DNA of 64,000 nucleotides from Callorhinchus milii (taxonomy: Eukaryota): positions 75,456,001 through 75,520,000 of the forward strand of contig NW_024704743.1 of assembly GCF_018977255.1 (NCBI RefSeq), written 5' to 3'. The stretch's first letter is position 1, and every line of letters starts with the position of its first letter. A model generated the notes under the pieces. It made no database searches and was not told where the DNA came from. It was given only the letters and a program-made list of their open reading frames with translations. Below, piece by piece: positions 27,756 through 40,589 of the stretch. A program made the translations under genes and the position numbers.

Positions 27756-28163
27756 GCATATTAAGCCTAGTGGTTACCGGTGAAATGTAACAAAAGGGAA
27801 TTAACTTCAGCGTGGGGTAAAAGTAGGCTTATCATAAATTAATATTTACAGCCCAGTGCTGTTAGAAGAAACAATGCGAACAAGTCCTGTAATTTTCTTA
27901 CAATTACGTGGGTTTAGCAGATCAAATCTGAGTGAGCGTCAATCCCATCTATCGAACCTCAAACACCATGGCTGGTAAAAATAATGGTGATAGTCAGAGG
28001 CTTCGATCCCAAACACCATTGTGGTTGACAGGTGGGAAGGCAACGACAGTGGAGGACTAGTAATTATCAATCAGTTGATAATTAAGCATATTAAGCCTAG
28101 TGGTTACCGGTGAAATATAACAAAAGAGAATTAACTCCAGCGGGGGGTAAAAGTAGGTTCATC
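27756..28163 (+). repeat. 78 bp direct repeat (27756-27833 and 28086-28163)
   Basis: gcatattaagcctagtggttaccggtgaaat... occurs twice, with 6 mismatches by manual count. Confidence 0.95.
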
Positions 28164-28805
28164 GGGAGTCACCAAAAGGTCAAAGAAAAGAAATTTGGGG
28201 TCAACTTTGGAAGTTTATACTTCGAGCCACTTCTTACTTGTTACACTGAAATATTGCTGGAGCCCGCGCATGGTTACAAGCACAATTCAAATCGTCTTGC
28301 ACTACTAACCTAGAATTTGTGCCAAATGCAGCCATTGCCGTGTTTTGCCCACAAATACACAGTCAATTCACTTTACGGTATATTCTGTGAAGTGCTTTGA
28401 GACATCTAGAAGATGTGAAAAGCACTATATCAAATGCAAGGATCATTATTATTATTGCCCACTGAAACTACTATATAAGCAGTATATATTAAAGGTGTCC
28501 ATGGAATTATAGGAATAGAAAATGTGAAATGCGGGAAATAATTTTCAAAAGGATCATTATAAATAGCAGTTCAACTGATTGATAATGACTAATCCTCCAC
28601 TGTCGTTGCCTTCCCACCTGTCAACCACAATGGTGTTTGGGATCGAAGCCTCTGACTATCATCATTATTTTTGCCAACCGTGGTGTTTGAGGTTCGATAG
28701 ATGGGATTGACGCTCACTCAAATTTGATCTGCTAAACCCACGTAATTGTAAGAAAATTACAGTATTTGTTTGCATTGTTTCTTCTCACAGCACTGGGCTG
28801 TAAAT
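27844..28805. repeat. Long inverted repeat: 235 bp arms at 27844-28078 and 28571-28805
   Basis: The arms are reverse complements with 11 mismatches by manual count and no gaps. Confidence 0.95.
28325..28455 (+). mobile_element. DeuSINE 3' fragment
   Basis: cccacaaatacacagtcaattcactttac...aaatgcaaggatcattattatt. Confidence 0.8.
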
Positions 28806-29171
28806 GTCTTATTTTCTCATTGTATGTGCAAGCCCTGCATAAGGGTTTGTACAAGCCAGTGGTGCAGAGAATCCGCAATGGTCTTACCTGTGTGGCGTCA
28901 GGCTTGATTGTTTGGAGTTACCATTTTGTGGCTACTGGCACCTGGAATTGAATTAGCAGAAATGGGATCATGTTTAAAAGAAAACGTTTGATTGGCAGTG
29001 GTCCTCAGTGAGCAACGTAAGGGAGCAATAGAACAAAGGCCTCTATCATATGTGCTTACAGGACTGACACAGAAAGCACTGACATATTCCAGTTTATTAA
29101 CAGATTAGTAATTGTAGTTCAAGAAGGCAATAACCACAAAAAAAAGTTAAATTGTGAGCAATATCAATTTT

Positions 29172-29495
29172 AATAACGACAACTTGTATTTATATAACGC
29201 CCCTCATGCCAGAAGTGTCTCGGAGCATGTAACAATCGGGTGGAAAGGAGCCGAAAAGGAGGGGGAGGTGACTGAAGACATGGTCGAAGAGGAAAGAGAT
29301 TCAGGCTAGGAGTTCCAGAAATTCGGGGCTTAGTGGCTAAAAGCATGACTGCCATTTGTGGAGAGGAGGGATGAGGCACATGCAAGCTGAGTGAAGAGAG
29401 TGGGTAGAGGAATGGGGTGTGAGCAAATTGGAGAGGTGTCAGGGCATGAAGAAATTTAAGCATGAGAGTGAGGATCTTGAAATTGATCTGTTCTA
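29172..29495 (-). mobile_element. L2 3' fragment, degraded
   Basis: Tail caacttgtatttatataacgccctcatg and gaggatcttgaaattgatc. Confidence 0.7.
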
Positions 29496-30779
29496 CAATC
29501 CATACCACATTTTTNATTCCTGTATATTTGTGTTTGAAATAAATCAATGCATTCAGCATTAGAATTCGTCCTGGAAAGAATTGGGGTGATGCAGGAGTGG
29601 AGCCTGAAATATTAGCAATATTACCCGTTTTGATCTCTTGATTGGTACAAGACAGTCAGTTTTCCTCTTCAATTTTGTAAGACAGCTTCTCCCCAGGAAT
29701 ATTTGACTTTAGACTATTTTTAGTTTAGGTTTGCTGGAACATGCCTTAATTTATTGGAAGAAAAAACCTGCGTCCATTTCAAGACTGCTGATGAATTTTA
29801 GAGATAAAGAACTGAGTAATTCAGAATAAAGCAATGTCTAGACCACACCTGGGCAAATATTAGTGCTGAATGCATTGATTTATTTCAAACGTGAATATAC
29901 AAGAGTGAAAAATGTGTTATGGGATGTGATAACTATCACCTACGACAATTAGTATATCATATACCACAATTTTTACTCATAATGTGAAACCAGTGCAGAA
30001 GGCGGCAAATTGATGGCAACCTCTCAGCCAGCTCAGTCTCCTCCAATTGTTCCCCTCCCCATTCCTCCTCAGTGAATAACATATGTTGTTTATTTATTGC
30101 TACATGAACTTACTGTCATTTCACTCTGGAACTAATGGGGATGTAAGCTTTGTCTACTGAAGAGGCTGCTTTGGTTGTTGTGGAGGTGTAAGAGTCAAGT
30201 GCGCAATCAGCACAATCATTCTGATTCTGGATAGTCAACACTCTCTATGCAGAACATAGCAAATGTAGAAAAACCATACCTCTGGCCCATAACATCACAG
30301 GTGCCACAATATTGCACTATTAGACCTGCAATATTAGACCTGTGCAACATTGTGTGAAAAGTGCCAGTAAAATAACATGAGCTTTGTTCTGTGAAGGTAT
30401 CATTACCTCATATGCTTGTAACAATGAAATGTGGTTCCTGCAAATCTTTACTGCGCTGATTGCAAATTTGGATTATATGCATGTGTCTCTCACTCATCCC
30501 CATTACACCTGCATTGAATTTACAAAGGAGAACAAACCTCCTTATGTCGAGCTCCTTTCAGATCAAATGTATTACACAATCAGATGCTTTATAGTGGATA
30601 GTTCCCATAGTGTATCTGTTGGTTTAGTGTTTCAGACAACAATCTCTTTGTGACTTCTGCTAGAGGCAATTAGACCAACACAAAGAATGAAAACAAGAGT
30701 GAATCAATACATGCTTATGATCACAAGAACCAAGGAAGGTTCGGATGAACTTGACTCTGGAACTAATGGTTTTAATGAA

Positions 30780-31185
30780 CTAAGGCTGTTTGCTCCATTT
30801 GACCTCATCATTCCAGAATACCCACCTTACTATCCTTGCATCGCAGCATTAAGCAATTTTTTAAATTAATCAGCATCCTTGCTGCAACCACCCTTCCTGG
30901 TAAATATTCCAATTGTTAATGAATATCTGGATAAATAAATATTTCTTGGTATCCGTCGATTGCAACCCTAAACCTATGTCCTCTGCTGCTCTCTTGTTTC
31001 ATCCAAATGTATTGTTCTGGGTTTACTTTTTCAACTAACTAGATACTGACTCAAAGGGGAAGGGAATAGAAGGATATGGGAGGCTGCAAGAAGTGGGCGG
31101 TGATTCATATAGAATATAAACATTGTCACTGACTGGCTGGGTCAAATGGCCTGTTTCCGTGCTGTTCAGTCTATGTAAATCTATG
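30780..31185. mobile_element. CR1 3' fragments in opposite orientations
   Basis: Minus-strand piece at about 30780-31030; plus-strand terminus ggctgggtcaaatggcctgtttccgtgctg...ctatg at 31135-31185. Confidence 0.55.
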
Positions 31186-34100
31186 TCAGCATCCACCCAT
31201 TGAGGCAGACAGGACCTTTGTTTAACATCTCAACTGAAACATGGTCCTCCTGACAATACAATGCTTCCCCAGCTTTATAGTAGAGTGTCAATCTAGCTTA
31301 ATCTCAGAACTCAGAGAATAACACAATTACAAAGGGAAGCAAACACTTTGTACTCTGAATACCTGTCCAATAAGATATTTGAACTTGCTTAGCAACTAAT
31401 GAAAACAAAGCAAGAGTAAAACTCCTTGTTAATAGCTAATGCTGTACATACCCTGCACTGGGCAAGTGGTACAAATGCCGTCTGGCAAATTGCTTACATG
31501 AAAGCTTACAAAAACAAGGCAGCTAATTTGATTGTTTGCATTGAAAGTTGAGCAACGAGAACCAAATTAGAGCCAAGGGAAATTAACCAGACAGTCCATG
31601 GTTTTTACAAGAGACCATGTGAGTCAGGAGTTTTGGTATCAGAGAAAGAACACAACAAAATGTTTTTACCCCTGTCAGCCACAACACCATGAATACAATT
31701 TTGACAAGAGTTTAGGGAATGATTGAATTGCCTAATGGTTTGTGAAGTGCAAAGCTCTCTATGCCTATTGCCATGGAAATAGTTTTTAAATGAAGATAAT
31801 TTTCGGATTGAAACTGATACAATTCTGAATGTAAAGAATACTTAAGATGTACAAAAAGATACTGCAGAAAGTCAAGCTCAGACCAACCTTAACACTGTAC
31901 TGTTATTGCTCTTTTACTGAACCCTTGTAAGGATGCAAAACATGTGTTAGTTGAAACCATATACCTGTACAATGCTGCACAGTGCAGCTTGTAGGTTTCT
32001 GACCAAATGTTAGTTGAGCGGGAGGAAATTTGGGCATCCAAATCCTTTCCAAAGAGGCTCCCTGCTTGGACATTTGTGGAACAAATGCACTACAGGCTTG
32101 AAATTTATCATTGAAGGTATCAACGTCAGCTACAGGTTTATTTTTGTCCTGGTTCAGTTGCATTTAGATATTCCTGGAAAAGCTTACATCTTGGCACGAA
32201 CCACCCAACAAGTGGGAAGTGGTGCAGTTGGTAGGTATAATCTGGCATTCAAGGGGTCTTATGGCAGCATAGTCAACAAGGTCCTGGGAGCCAGAAAACA
32301 CAGGGGAGAGAAGCTTCCCATGCCTTGAGCACCAAGTGATCCAATCTGCCTGGGAACCAGCATTGTGTGAACTAATGGGGATTTCCTGCATCCTTCAGAA
32401 ATTATGCTCTCCAGCTATATCTCCTTATGATGTGGCTTGCATCACCAATACCCTATCAGCATGTGTCAATCTCCTACATAGTAGTTCTGAACAGTAGGCA
32501 AAATTTCAAGAAAAAATATACATAGAATTCTCAGAGTTGAACCTTCTTTGAACGTAGGACTGGAGAATCTCATAAAGACAAAACGTTATGTCCATATATA
32601 TTAATGAACTGGAAAAAAGAAAATAATTAACAGGTAAAATTTGCCGGCATAAATATCATTTGCCATACATGAATGTCTCTTAAAAAGGCATGACATTTTG
32701 AAACTTATTATAGATATATAAAAATGTTGGCAAATTAACAGTAAAGCAGAAATAATGCCAATAAAACCATTGTAAATCACATTTCTCCATCACCATAAAG
32801 CATGCCCAAATGTGTACTACTACACAAATACACAAATACACGCTCCAATAAATGACCGCAATGATTTTAGAATGAAAAGAATGGCAGGTGTATAATAATT
32901 GTTGACACAATCAGTCTAATACAATGTCAATCTTCAGCAGTTATTCGAAGGCTGAGGTTTCTTTTCTATAAGAAAAGCAAAAATATTTTAGGTGCTGCTT
33001 CCTTTCCACAAACGTCATAAGCAATGTCCAAGGCTTTCTAAAATCGCTGAACTGTGAAGGTGTTGTAACTCAAAATTGATAAACTGTGAGCAAGGTGGGG
33101 GGGAGGGGGGAGGGGAGAGGGATTTATATTCTTGGTCAGCTTCTGGTTGTTGTAGCATTATTAAGGTGGAGAAGGAATATTTTTCTTTACGTTTGCCAAG
33201 AAGGCTGCGATGGATGATATAGCTTCCTCAATGCTACCTGGAGTTGCTTCCTGCCACTTCGACAGAAGGTTGCCCATTTTAAGTGCCATTGTTCAAAACC
33301 GCCATCTGCCCTGGTAGTTGGGGAAAGTGCAGTTGCTTTGAAAGCTACATTGTGCCGCAGGAGTAGTTGAGGTGAACAACACATTTCCAAGAATTAAAGG
33401 TCTTGCAGGTCTTGGGATTACACGATCAAGCAATAGTTAAATGGGTTCTTGGTGGAAACTTGATCAAGCAAGAGACGTTGGCGTGCATTCAAAGTACAGG
33501 TACTTCCACAAATACAACATATGGCAAACTAGAGAGCAACCACAGAGATAACAATGCCAAGTAACTACACATTTTGAAGAAAATTCTCTAGTTTATCATA
33601 AGATCCAAACATCCTTTCTAATGAGCTGGCTGTCTGTCCACCACATTGATAAATATGATTTGTGAAGTGTGTTTGTTCAGACGTTTAAAAGATTTGCTTT
33701 TGTCTTGAAACAGAGGAGCTGATCTTGTCTGTAATATTTAATTTTCAAAGTTACCCATTGTAACTGCTGTTCAATCAGCCATGTCAGATCATTCTACAGG
33801 ACCAGTAATATTCTTGATTAAAAATTGACAGTAACAAATCAGCGGTAGTCTTAAATAAGTCTAAAACAACAGAATTTAGATTGGAAACTAACACTAATCT
33901 GTACAAGCGCTCTGGGATGCTACCCTACTTGGGGGCGCTGTCTAAATGCAAGTTGGTTGTTGTTGTAATGTGAACTTCACCCATTAATGGGGGGCAATTA
34001 AGATTATCTGGGTGATTATGTAAAATGTGTTCCGCAGAAAATTGAAATAATCCTCAATGGGATAATTTTTCTTTTCCCCACTTTGACTTCAGATGACAAT

Positions 34101-37007
34101 TCCCATATATTTAGTCCTATTTATATAACAAATGAACCATCACCTCTTACACATTTTGTGCCTCTTCTGTCACTCACGAGCTGTTGTGCATTTGGATGTT
34201 GAAAGCATGTTTGTAGACAGCTGATCAATGGTGTCTCTCAACATATTAACATTAATCGACTAATTTGCTTTAGGTTTCTGGTTGTAAAGTTAACTGGATT
34301 GAGTAGGAAATTATATCTCTACTCAGGTTCCAAACTAGAAATATGCTAAATGAGTTTGATTTTGACTGGAAGCCAGAATGTGCAAGAACATTTGTGTACC
34401 TTGATCTCAAGTTTAGTCCTTCTCCTATTTTTGTCTATTCCTCAATGTGTTTGGCTCTTCTTCTGTTATACACACCATTACCCCACCAAGATGCTGGACA
34501 TGTCTTTTGCCCCCAAGCCTGTGCCAGTTTTATCCTTGAGCCAATTACTATGGGAAGGCATCTGGCTGACTTCTGCTAATGATGTGTTAACACCTAGGTG
34601 CTAATTAACATGTTGGTCCATTTAACAACCTTACAATATTACTGGAAAGGAATGTAATAAGTAAGCAGGCTTCAGGAGCTTCACAATATACAGCAATGTT
34701 GACCCGATATTCTACCCAGTCTTAGCCTGGTGAAGCTCTGTTGTTCAAAAATTGGAGACCTCCCCTTAAGAATTGCAGAAAAATCTCAAATTCAAATTCT
34801 TAAATTAGAAGCTGTTTCTTTCTAAGAACTGTGAAGAATATTTTCCAATTTAAGACTATATTTGCGAATTTTCCAAATATTTTATGTGATCTCAAATGTT
34901 AAGATAGAATGACCTTAAGATTAAGATTAGGTGAAATTTCAGGCCTTATACCGCTACAGGAAACATTAAGGGTATGCACAATGAGTTCACACTGGCAAAA
35001 ACAAAAGATCTGAGTGTGATTACTTCACTAAACTTTTCCAATCTAAGCAAATCCATCTTCAACAAAGTTAATTGAGTCTTGTATGTTTTCACAATATTTG
35101 ATTGTGGAAATAAATTATTTTACAAAGCAATTCATTTTACATAATGTAACTGTGAAGTACAGTAAACTCCTAATACTTTGATCCTGGCTTAACGGCACTG
35201 CCACTTAGGTCACCACGCTGTCAATATCCTGGTGGCATTTATTTATGTATTTATATATATATGCCTAACTCAATGCTCAGGATAACTCATCATTGAACCC
35301 CTTTGACTTGCAGTGATGAGTTATCATGAGTTTGCTGTATAATGATTTGTATATATGCAACTGAAGCAGCTAATCAACGTCAGTAATGAAACAAATAGAA
35401 ATGAAGAGAACGACCAGCTGACTCTGTTTTCTAACAAATTTAGAGAAGTGAGAGATATGGTCTAGGACACTGGGAAATTGCTCTGATCTGAAAACTCTGA
35501 ATAATGAGGGGAAACTCGCAGAACTAAGTACGTATTCTTGAGAATAGAAAAATTGAACAGAGACCGATCCAGGTCTGTGTGAGTCATAGACATTTTACAT
35601 GTAAACAAACTATTTAAACTGGGGGGAGGGTGTTTGAAACATTGAGCAAACCATGGAAGAAAACACACAGACCCCAGTTGACCAATAAAACAAAGTGTGG
35701 AAATGTAACATTCTTTAGGATCAAGGAGCTTCATACTCTTTTGCAGTGATACCTTATTTACTCCCTCCACACCTCAAGACTCCAGCTGGAGATGCCTATG
35801 GAATAAAAGAGAGGGAGATTTGAAGATTTGCTCTACCTTCACCAAGTGAGGTTAGTGGTCAGGGCAGCAGTTAAACAATGCAGGACACTCTCAACAATGT
35901 ACTGGAATATCACCATAGACTTCGTTCAAAGTCCCGATATGGGGCTTGAACCTTCCAAGTAACCTTCTGCCTCAGGAAAGAGTGGTATCAATTTAGCCAA
36001 GAAGGCAGGTATTGATGCTTTAAGTGTGCCATCTCTGGTGGAAACCTTTTTTTAATAGACTTGAAAATCAATGCTTATGTAAATGATGATATAAGAACAT
36101 AAACAAGAAAAGTCCAATTCATTTATCAAGCTTGCTCCTTTTTGTAAACCATGTAGAAGAGATCTTAACATACACTCTTACACCTAATTATTTCATCTTT
36201 TAATATTTAAAAGTAATCAGCATTCCCCAAATTTTCAAGAGAAACTTTCAGAATATTTTTCAATCTTAAATTTATCCTGGACAGCCCTTCTTGTTGCTCA
36301 TTGTGGCCAACATTCCCACCAGGCCCGACCAGCACACAAACCATCTCTACAACTCCAAATCAGTGTCCACCCAAATATTTATTTACTTCCTTTTTGAAGC
36401 ATTAAGTATTTTTGCTTTGCAGTCTCTTTCACATATAGTGAGGCTTCCGAATTTTTAAACATGTTCTCTATTTCTGCAGTCAAAATCTAAGTAAAATATG
36501 TCTATATTTATAGTTATGCCTCTCAGATATTTATGCCTCTCAGGAGATTGCAGACCTATATTTCGGTTGTTGATATTTTTTGTCAGCCATTAAGGCATTA
36601 GCACAGTGCTTCACCAACTGATCGCCAGATTGCAGTATTACATACCGCTGTTTCAGTATTACTGCAGCATGACTGTTCCACCCTAAGAAATGCTGCCCAC
36701 TGCAGAGTAAAGAAAACCAAGGATCTTGTTATTTTTAACATCAAATGCATGAAAATTAAATATTTTGCAAGTTATTCTGCTTTGTATGCTTGTGTGCCTA
36801 AAAGTCATGACACCTACCAGTAAATCTTGTGAAGCGCTATGAGTTGTTTCAATGATGTCATAAGGTGCTAAATCAAATGTAAGAATTGTTATTTTGATGC
36901 CCATTTGTTGATGGGAAGTGCTATTCTAACCAGTCATTACAATCTTTCCAATCCCTTTAATAAAAGTCATAGATCAAAACCTCAGTGATTCAGTGTTGCT
37001 AATTCAA

Positions 37008-37339
37008 TAATAATAATAATAATAATAATAATCCTTGCATTTGATATAGCGCTTTTTACGTCAGGAGGACGTCCCAAAGCGCTTCACAGAACACACTGTA
37101 AAGTGAATTGACTGTATATTTGTGGGCGAACGCGGCAGCCAATTGCGCACAGCAATGTCCCACAAACAGTCGTAGATTGAAAATGACCAATTTAATTATT
37201 GTTTTTGGTTTTTTGGAGGGATTATTATTAGGCGTGTGGAGTAAGGAAACTTGCCCAAGGTTTCGCCCTGCCTGGAATTGAACTCAGGTCTCTCACTTGC
37301 AAAGCGAGTGCTCTAACCACTGAGCTACAGGACTCCACA
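37008..37339 (-). mobile_element. Full-length tRNA-derived DeuSINE (family A), young, with TSD
   Basis: Head gtggagtcctgtagctcagtggttagagc (A box) ... gagttcaattcc (B box); Deu-like core ctgtttgtgggacattgctgtgcgcaattggctgccgcgtt; L2-like tail plus (att)n; TSD TAATTCAA at 37000-37007 and 37340-37347. Confidence 0.92.
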
Positions 37340-37899
37340 TAATTCAAATTATGAAGGCAGAATGAAGCACAAATTCTGATAGCTATTACTAAAGCACCTT
37401 CTGCAATCATGTGCAATGACTGTTCAGAAGATCAGAGGAGAGATTTGGATGAAAAAAGCCCTTCAGCCTATTTGATGTCATCTTTCCAAAATACTCACCC
37501 TACTGTATTCCTATTATAGCATCAAGCTGTTTCTGAAATGGGTCCAATGTCCTTGCCTTCACCATTCTTTCTACTGACCAAGTACAACGATTGAGAAAAT
37601 CCCAAGGGATATCTTCTGACTCCAATTATGTACCATGTTACTAATCAAAGCATTTTAAAGTAGAAAAGAGATTTGTTCAGATTGTGCACATGGGTTAATT
37701 AGGTGTGTACTGCTGCAGTTAGACTGCTGGCAGTGAACTGATGTCCAACACTGTTTTGTTATAAAGTACAGCATTTAAACCACACTAATAATGTCTCATA
37801 AAAAACAATGAAAAATTTGACCAAATAAGATCAGAAGACAACAATAAGAGTTAAATAGATGGCCCATGTCAATGTTTACTCTTGAAGATAGAAGTCAAA

Positions 37900-38868
37900 T
37901 TCTAGACTTGGTCATTTCAATTTCTAAGGAAAGCAACACATGTTATGAAGAAGTTCATAGAATGTCTTCAAGGTAACCAGATCAGGTGGATGCATCCCAG
38001 GATCTTCAAGAAGTGTGGATGGAAGTAGGTCATCATCTGGTTGATAGTTTTAATTCTGTAAATACTAGATTTGAGTGTGGAAAATTGCAAATTTTGTCCT
38101 TTAAAGATTCACAAGATATATAGCAATGTACTAAACCAGATTAGCAAATGGTAGCAAGCAATGGATAATGGTGCATGGGCAATTAACCACAGGGAATCAG
38201 TTGCTAGATGTGCCACAGGGATTTTTGTGGACTATTGTTTATGATATTTATAAATATAATTTAATCTGATATTACATCAAATGTGTCTAAAGTTCCTGAT
38301 GGCACTAAAGTTAGAATACAACTGAAGTTTCAAATTATGAAAATTAATATGTACCACATTCAGAAGGATCTGGATAATATGGGTACTTGGATAGACAGGT
38401 GGCAGATGGTGTTTAATATAGACAAATATAAGGTTGGTGATTCTGCAGAACAAAGGATACTGTGGAATAGCTACTGAACAGAAATGTTCATGAGGTATCA
38501 AAATAGAAAAAAAATCACACTATCACAAGAGATATTCAGATGAAGTTGGTGCTATGGCCCATTGATATGATACCTCCAGAATATGCTCAACTGTATATTG
38601 GTTGATAAGACATTATTATAGTGTTGCTAGATGGTTAAGAAAGGCTTAAACATTTTGAGATTGATAGCTAAATAGATCATATATGAGAGATTATTTTAAG
38701 ATGATCTGTCCAATCAAGAGTGCTGCCTGCAGTTTTGGTATCCCTATATAAAATAAGATATTTTAATTAAGGGGCAAGAAAAGAAAATAGGAAGTGGGAG
38801 AAGACTTGTTATTTGGTAAACAGGTATTGAACATGTGAGACAAACTTCAAACACAGGTGTTGGGAACA
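37900..38868 (+). mobile_element. Highly degraded CR1 RT fragment
   Basis: Peptide SKVPDGTK...IQKDLDNMGTWIDRWQMVFNIDKYKV resembles CR1 SKFADDTK...LQRDLDRL..WA..WQM.FN..KCKV. Confidence 0.7.
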
Positions 38869-38869
38869 A

Positions 38870-40580
38870 AAACAACAACAACAACAAAATTACATTTGTA
38901 TAGCACCTTTCACATGGGGAGGACTTCCCAAGGTGCAGTGTTTTGGACCTGAGCTGGGGTTTGGGATTGGAGAGGGTGGAGGTCAGGGGAAAGCAGGATG
39001 ATTGAAAGCACAGTCAAAGAGAAGGTCTTGAGATAGGTCTTGAAGGAGGCAAGGGAGGGTGCATGTGAAGAGACTGTCAGATGGAGTTCCAGTGGGTGGG
39101 GGCGGAGTGGCAGAAGGCCCCCGCCTGCCAATGGTCGAGTGCACGAGGCGGGGGACGTGAAGCAGGCTGGAGCCCATTGAGCGGAGGGAGAAGGATGGTA
39201 GGGGGTTAGGAGGTCGCAGAGGTGGGGGGGCGCAAGACCATGGATGGGTTTGAAGGTGAGGGCCAGGATCTTGAACTGTATCCTTTGTGTGATGGGAAGC
39301 CAGTGGAGTTGGATGAGGATGGAGGTGATAGGGTCATGGAGCCTGGTATGGGAGAGGACATGGGCTGCAAAGTTCTGGATGACCTGCAGCCTATAGAGGG
39401 AGGCGTTGGGGAGGCCAATAATCAAGGAGTTTGTACAGTCAAGCCTCAATGTTATGAATTTGTGTATGAGGGTTGGAGGCGCTGACAGGAGCCAATCAGG
39501 AGAGCCTCGGTCTTGTTGACATTCAACTGAAGAAAGTTAGCTCTCATGCAGGACTTGATGTCTGTCAGACATTCTGTCAGGACAGCAGTGGTCCTGGAGT
39601 CAAGGGTGGAGGCAGAGAGGTACAATTGGATGTCATCCACGTACATGTGGAATTTGACCCCATATCTGTGGATGATGTCACCAAGAGGAAGCATATAGAT
39701 ATTGAAGAGGAGCAGACAGAGCTCTGAGGAACGCCACATGCGACAATGCAGGGGATGGAGGAGAAATCATTTGTAGAGATGATATGGAGGTGGTGTGAAA
39801 GGTACAATCTGAACCATTCAAGGGCAGAACCATGAAGGTTGAGATGAGAGGAGAGGTGGTGGATGAGGATAGAGTGGTCATCGGTGTCGAAGGCAGCAGA
39901 GAGGTCGAGGAGGATGAGAAGGCAGAGGGAGCCCTGGTCGCAGGTGGACAGAATGTCATTTGGCACTTTGACCAGAACTGTGTCTGTGTTGTGGGTGCCT
40001 TGGATACCCAATTGGAGGGGTTTGTTAAGGATGTGGTGGGAGAGGAAGGAGTGAAGCTGGGAAACAGTGACTCAATCAACACCTTGGAGAGGAAAGGGAG
40101 GTTGGAGATGGGGCAGTGATTCGAGAGTAGGAATGGGTCCAGGGAGGGTATTTAAGGATAGAAGTGATGACAGCTATTTTTAAAGGGGGGGGGGGAATGG
40201 TACCAATGGATAGGGAGAGGTTTTTGATGTTTGTGAATAGAGGGGCAAGGAGGTGGAGCTGGGAGGTAAGAAGAGTGGTAGAGATGGGGACGATGTAGCA
40301 GGTGGTCAGTTTCATGCGGGTTATAGTTGTTGTGAGTGAGGAGTGCGAGACAGGTTCAAAGGTGTGGAGGGAGGGATGGGTAGGGGCCAAGGTGAGAGGG
40401 GAAGATGGAAGGGCAGAGGCAGCTGATTTTGGATTTAAGGAAGTCCAGCATCGCCTCGCAGTTGGCATTGAGGTGAGGATGGGTGAGGCATGAAAGGGTG
40501 GGTGGAGGAGCTGAATGGTGATGGAGAAGAGGAGCCTGGGGTTGTCCTTGGCCTCCAAGATTGTCTTGGACCAGAATGAC
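38870..40580 (-). mobile_element. L2-clade LINE fragment, degraded (RT region plus tail)
   Basis: Minus-strand peptides LILLDLSAAFDT, CGVPQSS, MYVDDIQLY and LHWLPITQRIQFKIL with frameshifts; (aac)n tail at about 38870-38888. Confidence 0.93.
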
Positions 40581-40589
40581 AATTTATCA

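Noticed and set aside
27756..28163. CRISPR-like repeat-spacer array or LTR pair
   Set aside because: Only two 78 bp copies in eukaryotic DNA, with no cas genes, no TG..CA ends and no TSD.
36026..36042. CTCF-like motif gtgccatctctggtgg
   Set aside because: Spacing deviates from the consensus and it cannot be supported without a PWM scan or ChIP.
37260..37338. tRNA gene (also at 12921, 52130 and 60180)
   Set aside because: These are tRNA-like SINE heads continuing into a SINE body and tail, without a proper acceptor stem.
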